Part shown: piece by piece, positions 22,001-33,339 of the stretch | Position numbering within the stretch: position 1 is the first letter of the stretch | Layout of the letters: each line of letters begins with the position of its first letter | NCBI RefSeq assembly: GCF_001194135.2 | Contig: NC_069003.1 | Coordinates: forward strand, 6,445,750-6,481,303 | Origin: Octopus bimaculoides | Lineage: Eukaryota | DNA: 35,554 nt | Direction of reading: 5' to 3' | Notes under the pieces: generated by a model | What the model was told of the DNA's origin: nothing | The model's database searches: none | The model's input: only the letters and a program-made list of their open reading frames with translations | Position numbers and translations under genes: made by a program

Positions 22001-22169
22001 CGACGGGGATTCTTTCAGTTTCTATCTAAAAAAAAAAAATTCATTCACAAGGCACTGGTCAATCCGGAGCTATAGCAAAAAATACTTGCCCAAGGAGCTG
22101 CGCAGTGGAACTGAACCCGAAGCTATACAGTTGCAAAATGAGCTTCTAAACCACACGGCCACGCCTGCG
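22001..22169 (-). mobile_element. SINE family B, tRNA-derived 5' head
   Basis: Minus strand cgcaggcgtggccgtgtggtttagaagctc...gggttcagttccactgcgcagctccttgggcaagta (A/B-box-like head plus a CORE-like ttgggcaag motif). Confidence 0.75.
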
Positions 22170-22583
22170 AGTATGTGAGAAATTATTATTTGTTTGTCGA
22201 GGTTGTGTAATAGAAAAACAAACAATAACTTTAGAAGAAACAGGACGAAATGTCTTCAAGTATTTAGTTTCGTTCGTCTCAGGTTCAATTCCCAGTGGAG
22301 TGATGAAATAAAATAGCTGTAATTTGTTTGATTAGGTGGACTATTATATACACTCTCTACATATATATACACACATTATACACTCTCATTGAAAGCTGAA
22401 ACATTTGTACCGAAGTAACTCAGTGCTGTCATTGCTGTTGTTTAACCCTGGGCCAAACATGAACCAGTAGACCAATGATCAATAAATTAAGACAGTCTAG
22501 CCGTGACCACCACTCTAAATTTGAGAAATATATAGGATTACTGTATCTAACGCATCTTTTAATGCCACTCATCTTTTTTGAGT

Positions 22584-22846
22584 GAAGGAGCGTGACCTAG
22601 TTGTTAGGAATGTTGTTGCATTCAAGATCGCAAGACCGTGGTTTCGATTCCTGAACCGGGCGGTGCGTTGTGTTTTGTGCAAAATACTTCATTTCACGTT
22701 GCTCCAGTCTGCTCAGCTGTAAATGGGTCCACCCTGCGACAGACTGGTGTCCCTTTCAGAGGGGTGGGGTGGATGTTGGGATCTCAGTTACTTATGCATC
22801 ATGGAAACCGGGTAAACAGCCCCATGAGTCCTAGGACTCAAGACAG
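22584..22846 (+). mobile_element. tRNA-derived SINE family C, full length
   Basis: Head ggagcgtgacctagttg...ggtttcgattcc; core ttcatttcacgttgctccagtctgctcagctgtaaatggg; tail ggaaaccggg...catgagtcct. Confidence 0.8.
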
Positions 22847-22978
22847 TAATGTCCAGGGTTCTTACTTTTACTTTTATCGGGGTCAGGTACTGGGGATGCA
22901 TGTAATCGACCAGCCCCTCCCCTCAAAATTGCTGGCCCCACCACCGAAACTTCGTAACTATTATCTAAGGCGGCTGTT

Positions 22979-23123
22979 GGGGAGCATGGTCTAATGGTTA
23001 GTGTTGCCCTCACGGTCGGTAGATCGTGGGTTCGATTTCCGGTGCGAGCGGCCGTGGGTTGTATTCTTGAGTAAAACATTTCATTTCACGTTACTCAAGT
23101 CCACTCTGTAAACGGGTAACTGG
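22979..23123 (+). mobile_element. tRNA-derived SINE family C, 5' part
   Basis: tggtctaatggttag (A box), gggttcgatttcc (B box), then ttgagtaaaacatttcatttcacgttactcaagtccactc. Confidence 0.75.
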
Positions 23124-24196
23124 CACGCGTGCCACCCGTTTCAAACTCAGGTTCTGATAATTGGCAGTGACTTAGCGAATCCTCTACAACGGTCGACAAT
23201 CGACGGCAAGATGGGCTGCTACGGATCACGACTATCCCGAAGCGTGTATGCATGTGACATGGCACTACATGTGAATTTTGTATTCCCACTGACACTCCGA
23301 ACATGACCTCTGCACTTCAACAACGGAGGATGACTACGTCTACAGCACCGCCGTTATCCGACGTAGTGGGGCATTTGTCAAAATCGCAAGCTGGATTTTT
23401 TGGGTCGCTGGCAGAAGCATTGCTTTGTCTACTGACTGGAACATTAGGTCCGACCGTTGGGTTTAGTCGGCAATCGTGAGGGTCATGGTGAACTCGTTGG
23501 ACGGAACCGGCTCAACCCACCCCGAGTGAATGCCGCCGCATGTACAAATAAGTATGACCAAAGGCGTTCCAGCCAGTACTAACACTTCTTGTTTATTAGA
23601 CCACATTACACAATGCCCGTCTTTTCTTATACATTAGGATGTAATTTGAGGAGAATTTGATTGCTATTTCTAGCAAATAGAATGATCACATGGAGGCTCC
23701 CGGGCTGACACGGTTTGTTGTTGCTGTCACTGTAAGTTAGAAAGTTCACGACACGATAAATTTGCAACCTGGTTTCAAATTCAAGTTGGAACTGTCACGC
23801 TTGAAATCGATGGAATGCCATCGTTGTTTTTGTTGTTGTTGTTGTTGTTGTTGATATTCTGGTTGGCGTTTTTGTCGTCGTCGTCGCCATGATTGTTGCT
23901 GTTCAGTTAAAATTGCAAATTGAAAAGCTTAATTGAAAGAAATATTGCTCTCAGTGAACCATGTCTGCAGCGTTGGTTTCGTTTCCCAGTGGGAACCGCT
24001 GCATGCACGTCATCAAGGACCCTCGGGGAAAAGAAGCAAGATTGTATTTTATCATTACCCGTATTCCACCCGACATGTGGAAAAGAAAATATCGGTTTTA
24101 TGGCTGATGGAACAACACAAATAACAACAATCCATATTGACAACAACAAAACCAACAACGATATTATAAGTGTTTCATCAGGTTAGCAATATGAGC

Positions 24197-24325
24197 AGGT
24201 CAATCGATTACATCGATTCCAGTATGCAACTGGTACTTTTTTTTATCGATCCCGAAAGGATGAAAGGTAAATTCGACCTTGGGAGGATTTGAAATCAAGA
24301 CGTAGAATCGGAGGAAATGCTGGTT
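24197..24325 (-). mobile_element. SINE family A fragment
   Basis: aatcgattacatcgattccagtatgcaactggtact...cgaaaggatgaaaggtaaattcgacc. Confidence 0.8.
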
Positions 24326-24364
24326 TTAATGCTGAAACCGAGGTAACTCTGTCGCATGCTACGT

Positions 24365-24800
24365 CACCTGGTATTGAGTTCTCCAGAATTAAACCGACCA
24401 CCGTGATTTCTCATATGTCTGACACCGTTACTGATATGTCGTTAGCATATCCAAACATGGCTGTCTACCGTGTTCCAGTTCTGGCGGGAATCCCTCAATA
24501 ACTCCAACCTCCATGGCAAAGGCTCCAGCACCAAAACATACAGAAAAGATGCAAATTAGAATCCTGAGCGGATAAAGTGCTCAGTGCGAAACAGATCTGG
24601 TAGATGGCAATTTATTTTGGCCACTGAACAGATATCAATTTACAGTGAAGCTCTCCTAAGACGAAGCCGAAACTGGTTACTCTTAGGACAACTGCGAAAT
24701 GTTGATGGTTGACCCTGTCGGGTACTTTCGATCAAAATCTATCGAAATCTGATCTATATTGATCAGAGTCCCATTATGCATTATTACTGATGTATGTTGA
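24365..24800 (-). mobile_element. Tx1/L1-clade reverse transcriptase relic
   Basis: Minus strand across frameshifts: GTLINIDQ..SK..DRVNH (LDxxKAFDRVxH), DICSVAKINCHLPDLFRTEHFIRSG, FLYVLVLEPL (QGCPLSPLLYxLxxEP), GYANDISVTVSD (YADD). Confidence 0.8.
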
Positions 24801-24894
24801 AGCGAATGTCTCAATGAAGTTCAGTGAAATAAGTAATTTTTAATCGGATTACGACGGTAATCCGGTTAAAAATTACTTTTGTCGCTGTTTTACT

Positions 24895-25215
24895 AATGAA
24901 TAGCTTCTGGACTCTTTTTAGGGTCTCGAGGTACGTAAGCTTTGTGAGTTCATCTTACTTCTCAGAACAGGTCGCAGCACCATCGCCAGTTCTCACGGCG
25001 TTGGATTCTATGGACATGTGGAGAGACTGTCTCAGAAAAGAATCACCAACTAGAGGCCCAAGAATAGACTACGAGCAAGTTGGTTGGGTAACTTGCACGA
25101 ACTCGGGTAGCATCGCTTGCGGATCCAGTCGGATCAATTGGAGACGGTTGCTTCTGGCAGGAACCAATGGAAGGCGTGCTTGGGGACTCTGGATTTACGA
25201 TCCTTCCAGGAATGA
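24895..25215 (+). mobile_element. RTE-clade (Rex3/Expander-like) LINE 3' end
   Basis: LLLRTGRS...FYGHVERLSQKRITN*RPKNRLRASWLGNLHELG*HRLRIQSDQLETVASGRNQWKACLGTLDLRSFQE*; matches the W/FGHV.R...GRPR..W...LAW.RLG pattern. Confidence 0.7.
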
Positions 25216-26304
25216 GGGGTGGGGTGGGTGGGTGAAGTAAAAGAGATGAGATGATTGCGAAGCCTTGGAAGAATCTATTANNNNNNNNNNNNNNNNNNNN
25301 NNNNNNNNNNNNNNNNNNNNNNNNNNNNNNNNNNNNNNNNNNNNNNNNNNNNNNNNNNNNNNNNNNNNNNNNNNNNNNNNNNNNNNNNNNNNNNNNNNNN
25401 NNNNNNNNNNNNNNNNNNNNNNNNNNNNNNNNNNNNNNNNNNNNNNNNNNNNNNNNNNNNNNNNNNNNNNNNNNNNNNNNNNNNNNNNNNNNNNNNNNNN
25501 NNNNNNNNNNNNNNNNNNNNNNNNNNNNNNNNNNNNNNNNNNNNNNNNNNNNNNNNNNNNNNNNNNNNNNNNNNNNNNNNNNNNNNNNNNNNNNNNNNNN
25601 NNNNNNNNNNNNNNNNNNNNNNNNNNNNNNNNNNNNNNNNNNNNNNNNNNNNNNNNNNNNNNNNNNNNNNNNNNNNNNNNNNNNNNNNNNNNNNNNNNNN
25701 NNNNNNNNNNNNNNNNNNNNNNNNNNNNNNNNNNNNNNNNNNNNNNNNNNNNNNNNNNNNNNNNNNNNNNNNNNNNNNNNNNNNNNNNNNNNNNNNNNNN
25801 NNNNNNNNNNNNNNNNNNNNNNNNNNNNNNNNNNNNNNNNNNNNNNNNNNNNNNNNNNNNNNNNNNNNNNNNNNNNNNNNNNNNNNNNNNNNNNNNNNNN
25901 NNNNNNNNNNNNNNNNNNNNNNNNNNNNNNNNNNNNNNNNNNNNNNNNNNNNNNNNNNNNNNNNNNNNNNNNNNNNNNNNNNNNNNNNNNNNNNNNNNNN
26001 NNNNNNNNNNNNNNNNNNNNNNNNNNNNCTCTCTCTCTCTGCCTTTATCTCTCTCCATATATATATTTATATATATATATATACATATATAACAGGTCCC
26101 ACCCACTTCCCTCCTCACAGCAGGGGACCTCCCACCCCTTTCAGTTATCTTGGCGACATTCTTGGATTGGATTACAAACTTCTTACTTTTTATTTCAAGA
26201 GGTGGGGGTGTGACGGGTTGGTGGAACGGCGATTAGAGATTGTGTTTGTGATGTATGTGTGTCCGTGTGTGTGTGTGTGTGTGCGTGTGTATGAATGGGT
26301 GTTA

Positions 26305-26341
<37 letters not shown>

Positions 26342-26660
26342 AAACACGGGCAGTAACACTCTTACCCACTCTTTGAGAAAGTTTTTGGATATCGTTGGAA
26401 GGCTAAAGTTTGTGGCCAGACACACACACACACACGCACACACACACACACGCACACACACACACACGCACACACACACACACAAATACACACATCCATA
26501 CAAGCGCACATACAAATAGATAGAAGTGTGAGTGTATGTATACATAGATATGTGTGTGCGTGTGTATCTATGTATGTAAATATGTATGTTTGCATGTATA
26601 TATACACACATATATATGTGTGTATATGTATATGCATGTATTCATGTATATATATATATA

Positions 26661-26857
26661 TATGCATGTATTTATGTGTATGTATATATGTATATAGATA
26701 TATATATATATATGCGTGTATTTATGTGTATGTATATATGTATATAGATATATATATATATGCGTGTATTTATGTGTATGTATATATGTATATAGATATA
26801 TATATATATATGCGTGTATTTATGTGTATGTATATATGTATATAGATATATATATAT
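26661..26857. repeat. Higher-order ~50-bp repeat built from TA/TG microsatellite, x4, running into a gap
   Basis: tgc(a/g)tgtatttatgtgtatgtatatatgtatatagatatatatatata repeated four times. Confidence 0.9.
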
Positions 26858-27504
26858 NNNNNNNNNNNNNNNNNNNNNNNNNNNNNNNNNNNNNNNNNNN
26901 NNNNNNNNNNNNNNNNNNNNNNNNNNNNNNNNNNNNNNNNNNNNNNNNNNNNNNNNNNNNNNNNNNNNNNNNNNNNNNNNNNNNNNNNNNNNNNNNNNNN
27001 NNNNNNNNNNNNNNNNNNNNNNNNNNNNNNNNNNNNNNNNNNNNNNNNNNNNNNNNNNNNNNNNNNNNNNNNNNNNNNNNNNNNNNNNNNNNNNNNNNNN
27101 NNNNNNNNNNNNNNNNNNNNNNNNNNNNNNNNNNNNNNNNNNNNNNNNNNNNNNNNNNNNNNNNNNNNNNNNNNNNNNNNNNNNNNNNNNNNNNNNNNNN
27201 NNNNNNNNNNNNNNNNNNNNNNNNNNNNNNNNNNNNNNNNNNNNNNNNNNNNNNNNNNNNNNNNNNNNNNNNNNNNNNNNNNNNNNNNNNNNNNNNNNNN
27301 NNNNNNNNNNNNNNNNNNNNNNNNNNNNNNNNNNNNNNNNNNNNNNNNNNNNNNNNNNNNNNNNNNNNNNNNNNNNNNNNNNNNNNNNNNNNNNNNNNNN
27401 NNNNNNNNNNNNNNNNNNNNNNNNNNNNNNNNNNNNNNNNNNNNNNNNNNNNNNNNNNNNNNNNNNNNNNNNNNNNNNNNNNNNNNNNNNNNNNNNNNNN
27501 NNNN

Positions 27505-27559
<55 letters not shown>

Positions 27560-28054
27560 TATATGTGTGTGTGTATATTTATGTATATATAGACAGTCAT
27601 ATAGAAGTGCTCGTACAAGCGCATATATGCATATGCACTCAAGCACACGTGTGTTTGTGTGTGAGTCTGGCTTTATGGAGGCATTAGAAATTTGAAGTGA
27701 GATAAGCTTCGAAGTATAATCCTTACACACACATACACACACACGCACACACACATGTATATATATGTGAATGTATGTATGTAAATGCATACATATACAC
27801 ACACACACACACATATACGTGTATATGTTTATATAGATGCATATATATATGCATGTGTTTATGCAGGTATATATGTGCATGTATATATGGGTGTACGTGT
27901 GTGTATATAATTATGTATGCATATATATATATGTATACACACACATGTATATATACATATATAAACTCGAAGCGGTAACAGAATGAATCATCTTATTCAA
28001 ACGAATAAATATACTTTACTGCATGTATTGATTGCTCTTGTTATTTGGTGTAAG

Positions 28055-28132
<78 letters not shown>

Positions 28133-28597
28133 TCGAAGATTCCGATATGTTGCGAAAACAAGGTTCATTTTGTGCCACACTACAGATATATTACTGAATT
28201 TACGCTATTTATAGCATAATTTATTAACCAATTTGAATATATTCCGTAATTTAGTACTAGTTATGCAAATCGGATTAATCGGCAGTGCACAATCACCAAA
28301 TATAGAACACTTCTCTATAATTCCCTTCGTGAGGTGACTACACGATATTCTATCTTTTGTGGAACCTGGGCGATATTTGAATCAGCGCAGCTACAACTGT
28401 TTTCTCCGTCCACAGGGACAATGGAAGGCATGCATTTACACTTGTCAGAATACAATTACGCTCCCGAGGCATCGTAATTTACCGTGAGAGCTTTATTTTG
28501 TACCATATTAGAGATATAGCAGATTTATATATATATATATATATATAAATATATATATAAGATAATAAGAGTGAAAAAACTACAGAAGGCTTGTTAC

Positions 28598-28710
28598 ATG
28601 GTTAAAGTATATATTTAAATTATGTCAGAAAAATGTTATAAAATTTTTTTAGTATATAAACATTGTATTTGTAATTTTTCTGACATAATTTAAATATATA
28701 CTTTAACCAT
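28598..28710. repeat. Perfect 37-bp inverted repeat, right arm truncated by gap
   Basis: 28598-28634 is the exact reverse complement of 28674-28710; 39-nt spacer. Confidence 0.9.
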
Positions 28711-29210
28711 NNNNNNNNNNNNNNNNNNNNNNNNNNNNNNNNNNNNNNNNNNNNNNNNNNNNNNNNNNNNNNNNNNNNNNNNNNNNNNNNNNNNNNNNNN
28801 NNNNNNNNNNNNNNNNNNNNNNNNNNNNNNNNNNNNNNNNNNNNNNNNNNNNNNNNNNNNNNNNNNNNNNNNNNNNNNNNNNNNNNNNNNNNNNNNNNNN
28901 NNNNNNNNNNNNNNNNNNNNNNNNNNNNNNNNNNNNNNNNNNNNNNNNNNNNNNNNNNNNNNNNNNNNNNNNNNNNNNNNNNNNNNNNNNNNNNNNNNNN
29001 NNNNNNNNNNNNNNNNNNNNNNNNNNNNNNNNNNNNNNNNNNNNNNNNNNNNNNNNNNNNNNNNNNNNNNNNNNNNNNNNNNNNNNNNNNNNNNNNNNNN
29101 NNNNNNNNNNNNNNNNNNNNNNNNNNNNNNNNNNNNNNNNNNNNNNNNNNNNNNNNNNNNNNNNNNNNNNNNNNNNNNNNNNNNNNNNNNNNNNNNNNNN
29201 NNNNNNNNNN

Positions 29211-29528
29211 GGTCGACTAAATAAGTACCAGTTACGTACTGGGGTCGATATAATCGACTTAATCCCTTTGTCTGTCTTTGTTTGTCCCCTCTGTGTGTAG
29301 CCCTTTATGGGCAGTAAAGAAATAAGAAACGTTAGCACGCCGGGCGAAACGCTTGGCGGTATTTCGTCTATCTTTATGCTCTGAGTTCAAATTCCGCCGA
29401 GGTTGTCTTTGCCTTTCGTACTTTAGGGGATCGATAAATTAAGTACCAGTTGCGTACTGGGGTCGATCTAATCGACTGGTTCGCTCTCCTCCAAAATTTC
29501 GGGCCTTGTGCCTAGAGTAGAAAAGAAA
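29211..29528 (+). mobile_element. Dimeric SINE family A (left head lost in gap)
   Basis: Left tail ...gggcagtaaagaaataagaa joined to acgttagcacgccgggcg (right monomer lacking its first ~18 nt). Confidence 0.85.
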
Positions 29529-30002
29529 ATTGAACGAGGTAAAATGGTGGTTTAATTAGCTCAAATCTTAAAGAGGGCTTATCACGTCACATTCTGTTAT
29601 GGCGTGCTGATTAATGAACGTAGCCATATTGGATAAGGGGTGGGGCAATTGAAAAGTAAAAATAAAGAGTCGGGAGATAGTGAGGGTGGGATGAGAGGTG
29701 GGGGGAATGGGAGGGGATACGGAAGACCGAGAGGAGATGAAGAAGAGTGGAAAGTGTTAAGAGAACAACATTTTAATTGGCATTTAAGGATTATGGGGTT
29801 TAGAAATGAATAAGTGTCGTCTAATTAATTAATTGGCGCTCAACATGTGTATATAATTTATATACACTCTACATATTTTTATGTAAACTTCCTATATTTC
29901 GTTCTCTTCCTTGCTTTCGTTCTCTCTCTCGTGTGTGTGTGTGTGTGTGTCGGTTTTTCCCACTCCCTCCGTATGTATACAAGCATTTGAGCATGCGTGT
30001 AA

Positions 30003-30088
<86 letters not shown>

Positions 30089-30213
30089 CCATGCATAGAT
30101 ACATATATATATGTATATATATTTATATATACACAAGTATGTAGGTATTATATATGTATATGTGTATATATATATTATATCTTGCATATATCCATGCATA
30201 AGTGTATCTATTA

Positions 30214-30244
<31 letters not shown>

Positions 30245-31290
30245 CACACATTCATATATAAACATACATTTATGCATACATACATGAATATAAATATATA
30301 CACATTATATATTTACGCATCCATACATATATGCACACATACGGATATACACAAACATCGCTACACGCATGCATAAATGCACGTAACTTTACATACATTC
30401 ATTCACACATGCACACACACATACATACATACATACAAATACATATATATACATACAAATATATATATATATATATATATACACTATATATATACATACA
30501 TGCATATGTAGACTTTGACAAGAAGTGCTTCTCTGTAAATGTCCTTTATATTCAGTTCTGAATTTTGTAGACCAAAACTAAACAATAACAACAACAACAA
30601 CAACAACCACCACAGACCAGAAACCTCAAAGAAGCATAACGGCGTAAAGCAACCACACATACACATACATGCGCACAACCACTGCAGCAGCAACTACTAC
30701 TACTACTACTACTACTGCTGCTGCCTCTGTTGCTGTTGCTGCAGCGACTTTAAGATTCATTTGAGGTATCACGTAAGACAGAGCAATTTCCCCCTGAATG
30801 TCAAATCTGTGACTTTCTCAAGTGAGTTTATCATAATATAATTGGACGGGTCGTATGACTGGTATTTAGTGTCCCGTCTTTAACCGACACAGAATTCTCA
30901 ACTGTCTCTGCTTCTGCCGGTGACCGTAACACTAACGTCACCTTCGGCGTCGTTGACGTCGTCGTCGCCATCTTCATTTTCGTCGTCTTCGTCGTCGCCG
31001 CCATCATTATCATTGGCTGCTGTCTTCGTCATCACAAGCGATTCTTATGTGTGTGTTTGTGTGTGCGTATGTGTATATGTGCGTGCGTGTTAGTGTGTAT
31101 GTATATGAGAACAAGTGTGTGCATGTGTTTTTGTGCATATGTGTGTGTGTATGCGCGTGCATTTATGTAAATTCGGGGCAATTTTCGTTCAAACGCCATT
31201 TTAAAGGCATGGCTATGGTTTTCATGAAGGTTTCGTTCATATTTCCTCATTGGACCTTTATATTTAGCCTGAAAGAAAAACGTTCATTAA

Positions 31291-31335
31291 TCAATGAGGC
31301 GTTTCAAGACTTTCCGGGGATCATCATCAGGTTGA
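31291..31335 (-). ncRNA. Degenerate minimal type I hammerhead ribozyme
   Basis: Minus strand tcaac-CTGATGA-tgatccccggaaagtctt-GAAAC-gc-CTC-attga; stem I 4 of 5 pairs; GTC cleavage triplet altered to CTC. Confidence 0.55.
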
Positions 31336-31967
31336 AAAGANNNNNNNNNNNNNNNNNNNNNNNNNNNNNNNNNNNNNNNNNNNNNNNNNNNNNNNNNNNN
31401 NNNNNNNNNNNNNNNNNNNNNNNNNNNNNNNNNNNNNNNNNNNNNNNNNNNNNNNNNNNNNNNNNNNNNNNNNNNNNNNNNNNNNNNNNNNNNNNNNNNN
31501 NNNNNNNNNNNNNNNNNNNNNNNNNNNNNNNNNNNNNNNNNNNNNNNNNNNNNNNNNNNNNNNNNNNNNNNNNNNNNNNNNNNNNNNNNNNNNNNNNNNN
31601 NNNNNNNNNNNNNNNNNNNNNNNNNNNNNNNNNNNNNNNNNNNNNNNNNNNNNNNNNNNNNNNNNNNNNNNNNNNNNNNNNNNNNNNNNNNNNNNNNNNN
31701 NNNNNNNNNNNNNNNNNNNNNNNNNNNNNNNNNNNNNNNNNNNNNNNNNNNNNNNNNNNNNNNNNNNNNNNNNNNNNNNNNNNNNNNNNNNNNNNNNNNN
31801 NNNNNNNNNNNNNNNNNNNNNNNNNNNNNNNNNNNNNNNNNNNNNNNNNNNNNNNNNNNNNNNNNNNNNNNNNNNNNNNNNNNNNNNNNNNNNNNNNNNN
31901 NNNNNNNNNNNNNNNNNNNNNNNNNNNNNNNNNNNNNNNNNNNNNNNNNNNNNNNNNNNNNNNNNNC

Positions 31968-32043
31968 CTCAGTACGTTTATTTATTTTTTTTTTTCAAAA
32001 CCTAGTACTTATTCTATCGGTCTCTGTTGCCGAACCGCTACGT
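31968..32043 (-). mobile_element. SINE family B fragment
   Basis: cctagtacttattctatcggtctctgttgccgaaccgcta. Confidence 0.75.
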
Positions 32044-32047
32044 TATA

Positions 32048-32288
32048 TGCATGAAAATGCAGCTCAAAAGTCGCCTTTTTAACACCGTTGTTGAGATCCA
32101 GGGTGAATCACAGAAGGTCCTCGACTCCCTTACACAAAACGACTCCCGAGCCGGATTCCAAAAGTGGCAAGAACGCTGGGACCGGTGTATTGCTGCGCAA
32201 GGTGACTATTTCGAAAGAGACGATGTTTAAAACTTAGGTAAATAAGTTAATTCTTATCAAACATAACTAGTCTTTATGCCACCTCGTA
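32048..32288 (+). mobile_element. Mariner transposase C-terminus plus eroded right TIR
   Basis: MKMQLKSRLFNTVVEIQGESQKVLDSLTQNDSRAGFQKWQERWDRCIAAQGDYFERDDV* (mariner LKG.RF...RW.KCI...GDYFE pattern); ends ccacctcg followed by TA. Confidence 0.85.
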
Positions 32289-32289
32289 T

Positions 32290-32458
32290 TTCATCAACTT
32301 GTTTAGTCATTAGACGGCAGCCATGCTGGAGCACCGCCTTAAAGAATCCTTAGTCCAACAAATCAACCTTAGTACTTATTTTCTTTTAAAACTTGGTACT
32401 CATTCTACCGGTCACTGTTGTCGAACCGCTAAGTAACGGAGACGTAAACACACCACCA
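32290..32458 (-). mobile_element. SINE family B, 3' part
   Basis: gcagccatgctggagcaccgcctt...ggtactcattctaccggtc...gaaccgctaagtaacggagacgtaaacacacc. Confidence 0.8.
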
Positions 32459-32519
32459 AAGACGTTCCAGCCTTGGCCATCTCAAAATGTTATACAAACA
32501 GGAATATATATTATCCAGG

Positions 32520-33005
32520 TTGTTCTTGTTGTTGCTGTTGGTGGTGGTGGTGGTGTTAGTAGCGTTAGAATTGTTCATAGTGTTGGTTGTGGTGGCGGTG
32601 GTAGAGGTGTTTTGTGGTGGCGGTGTTGCTCTTAGAGGTGGTGTTAGTGGTGGCGGTGGTGGTTGTGTTGGTGGCGGGGACGGTAGTGCTGCTGGTGGTA
32701 GTGATGGTGGTGGTGATGGTTATTTGGTGGCATTGGTGTCGATGATAGGGAGTAATGGTTGTAGTAATGGTGGTAGTGGTGGTGGCAATGGTATTGGTGG
32801 AGGCGGCGGTAAGTGGTGATGGCAGTAATGATGGTGATAATGGTTGTTGTTGTGGCGGTGTTGGTAGTGATAGTGATGGTGGTGGTGGCAGTGGTTGTAG
32901 TGTTGGTAGTAGTGACGGCGGTAATGGTTGTGGCGGTGCTGGAGGTACTGGTAATCGTGGTGGTTGTGGTTGTGGTAGTTACGGTGGCGGTTTGTTTGCT
33001 GCTGT
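32520..33005. repeat. (GGT)/(GTA)/(GTT)-type trinucleotide low-complexity tract
   Basis: Degenerate triplet periodicity producing poly-G/V/T ORFs in several frames. Confidence 0.9.
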
Positions 33006-33149
33006 TGTCTGGCAAAACAAATCTATAATGCAGATTGTGCTAACAGCAGATTCGACAGAAAACTCTGTAAAAATGGCGAGATCAAAGCAATGGAATAACG
33101 AAACAGGACCACACAGCTTAAACAGTGTTTAACTTAGTTATAACAATGG

Positions 33150-33166
33150 CCATTGTATAAAAGTCG

Positions 33167-33201
<35 letters not shown>

Positions 33202-33274
33202 AACACAAAAATATTCTCACACAAATACCTTATACATACATACCTACATGAACATACATACATATATATATGTA

Positions 33275-33339
<65 letters not shown>

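Noticed and set aside
22979-23052. tRNA-like sequence with A and B boxes (also heads at 13279, 17621, 22584)
   Set aside because: No consistent cloverleaf or acceptor stem, and each continues into a multicopy SINE body.
24563-24690. Hairpins ctgagc/gctcag and tcctaaga/tcttagga next to GAAAC, superficially hammerhead-like
   Set aside because: No CTGANGA core, and the region is fully explained by the antisense Tx1 RT coding sequence.
30845-30878. gacggg/cccgtc hairpin as a small ncRNA
   Set aside because: Only a 6-bp stem with no snoRNA boxes or miRNA-length duplex; expected by chance.
31194-33080. Isolated YY1-like CGCCATTTT / AAAATGGCG motifs (also near 2806 and 9656)
   Set aside because: Scattered single short motifs without supporting promoter context.
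32393-33132. Gly/Val/Thr-rich ORFs resembling glycine-rich structural proteins
   Set aside because: Degenerate trinucleotide tract open in several frames on both strands; no signal peptide or splice context.
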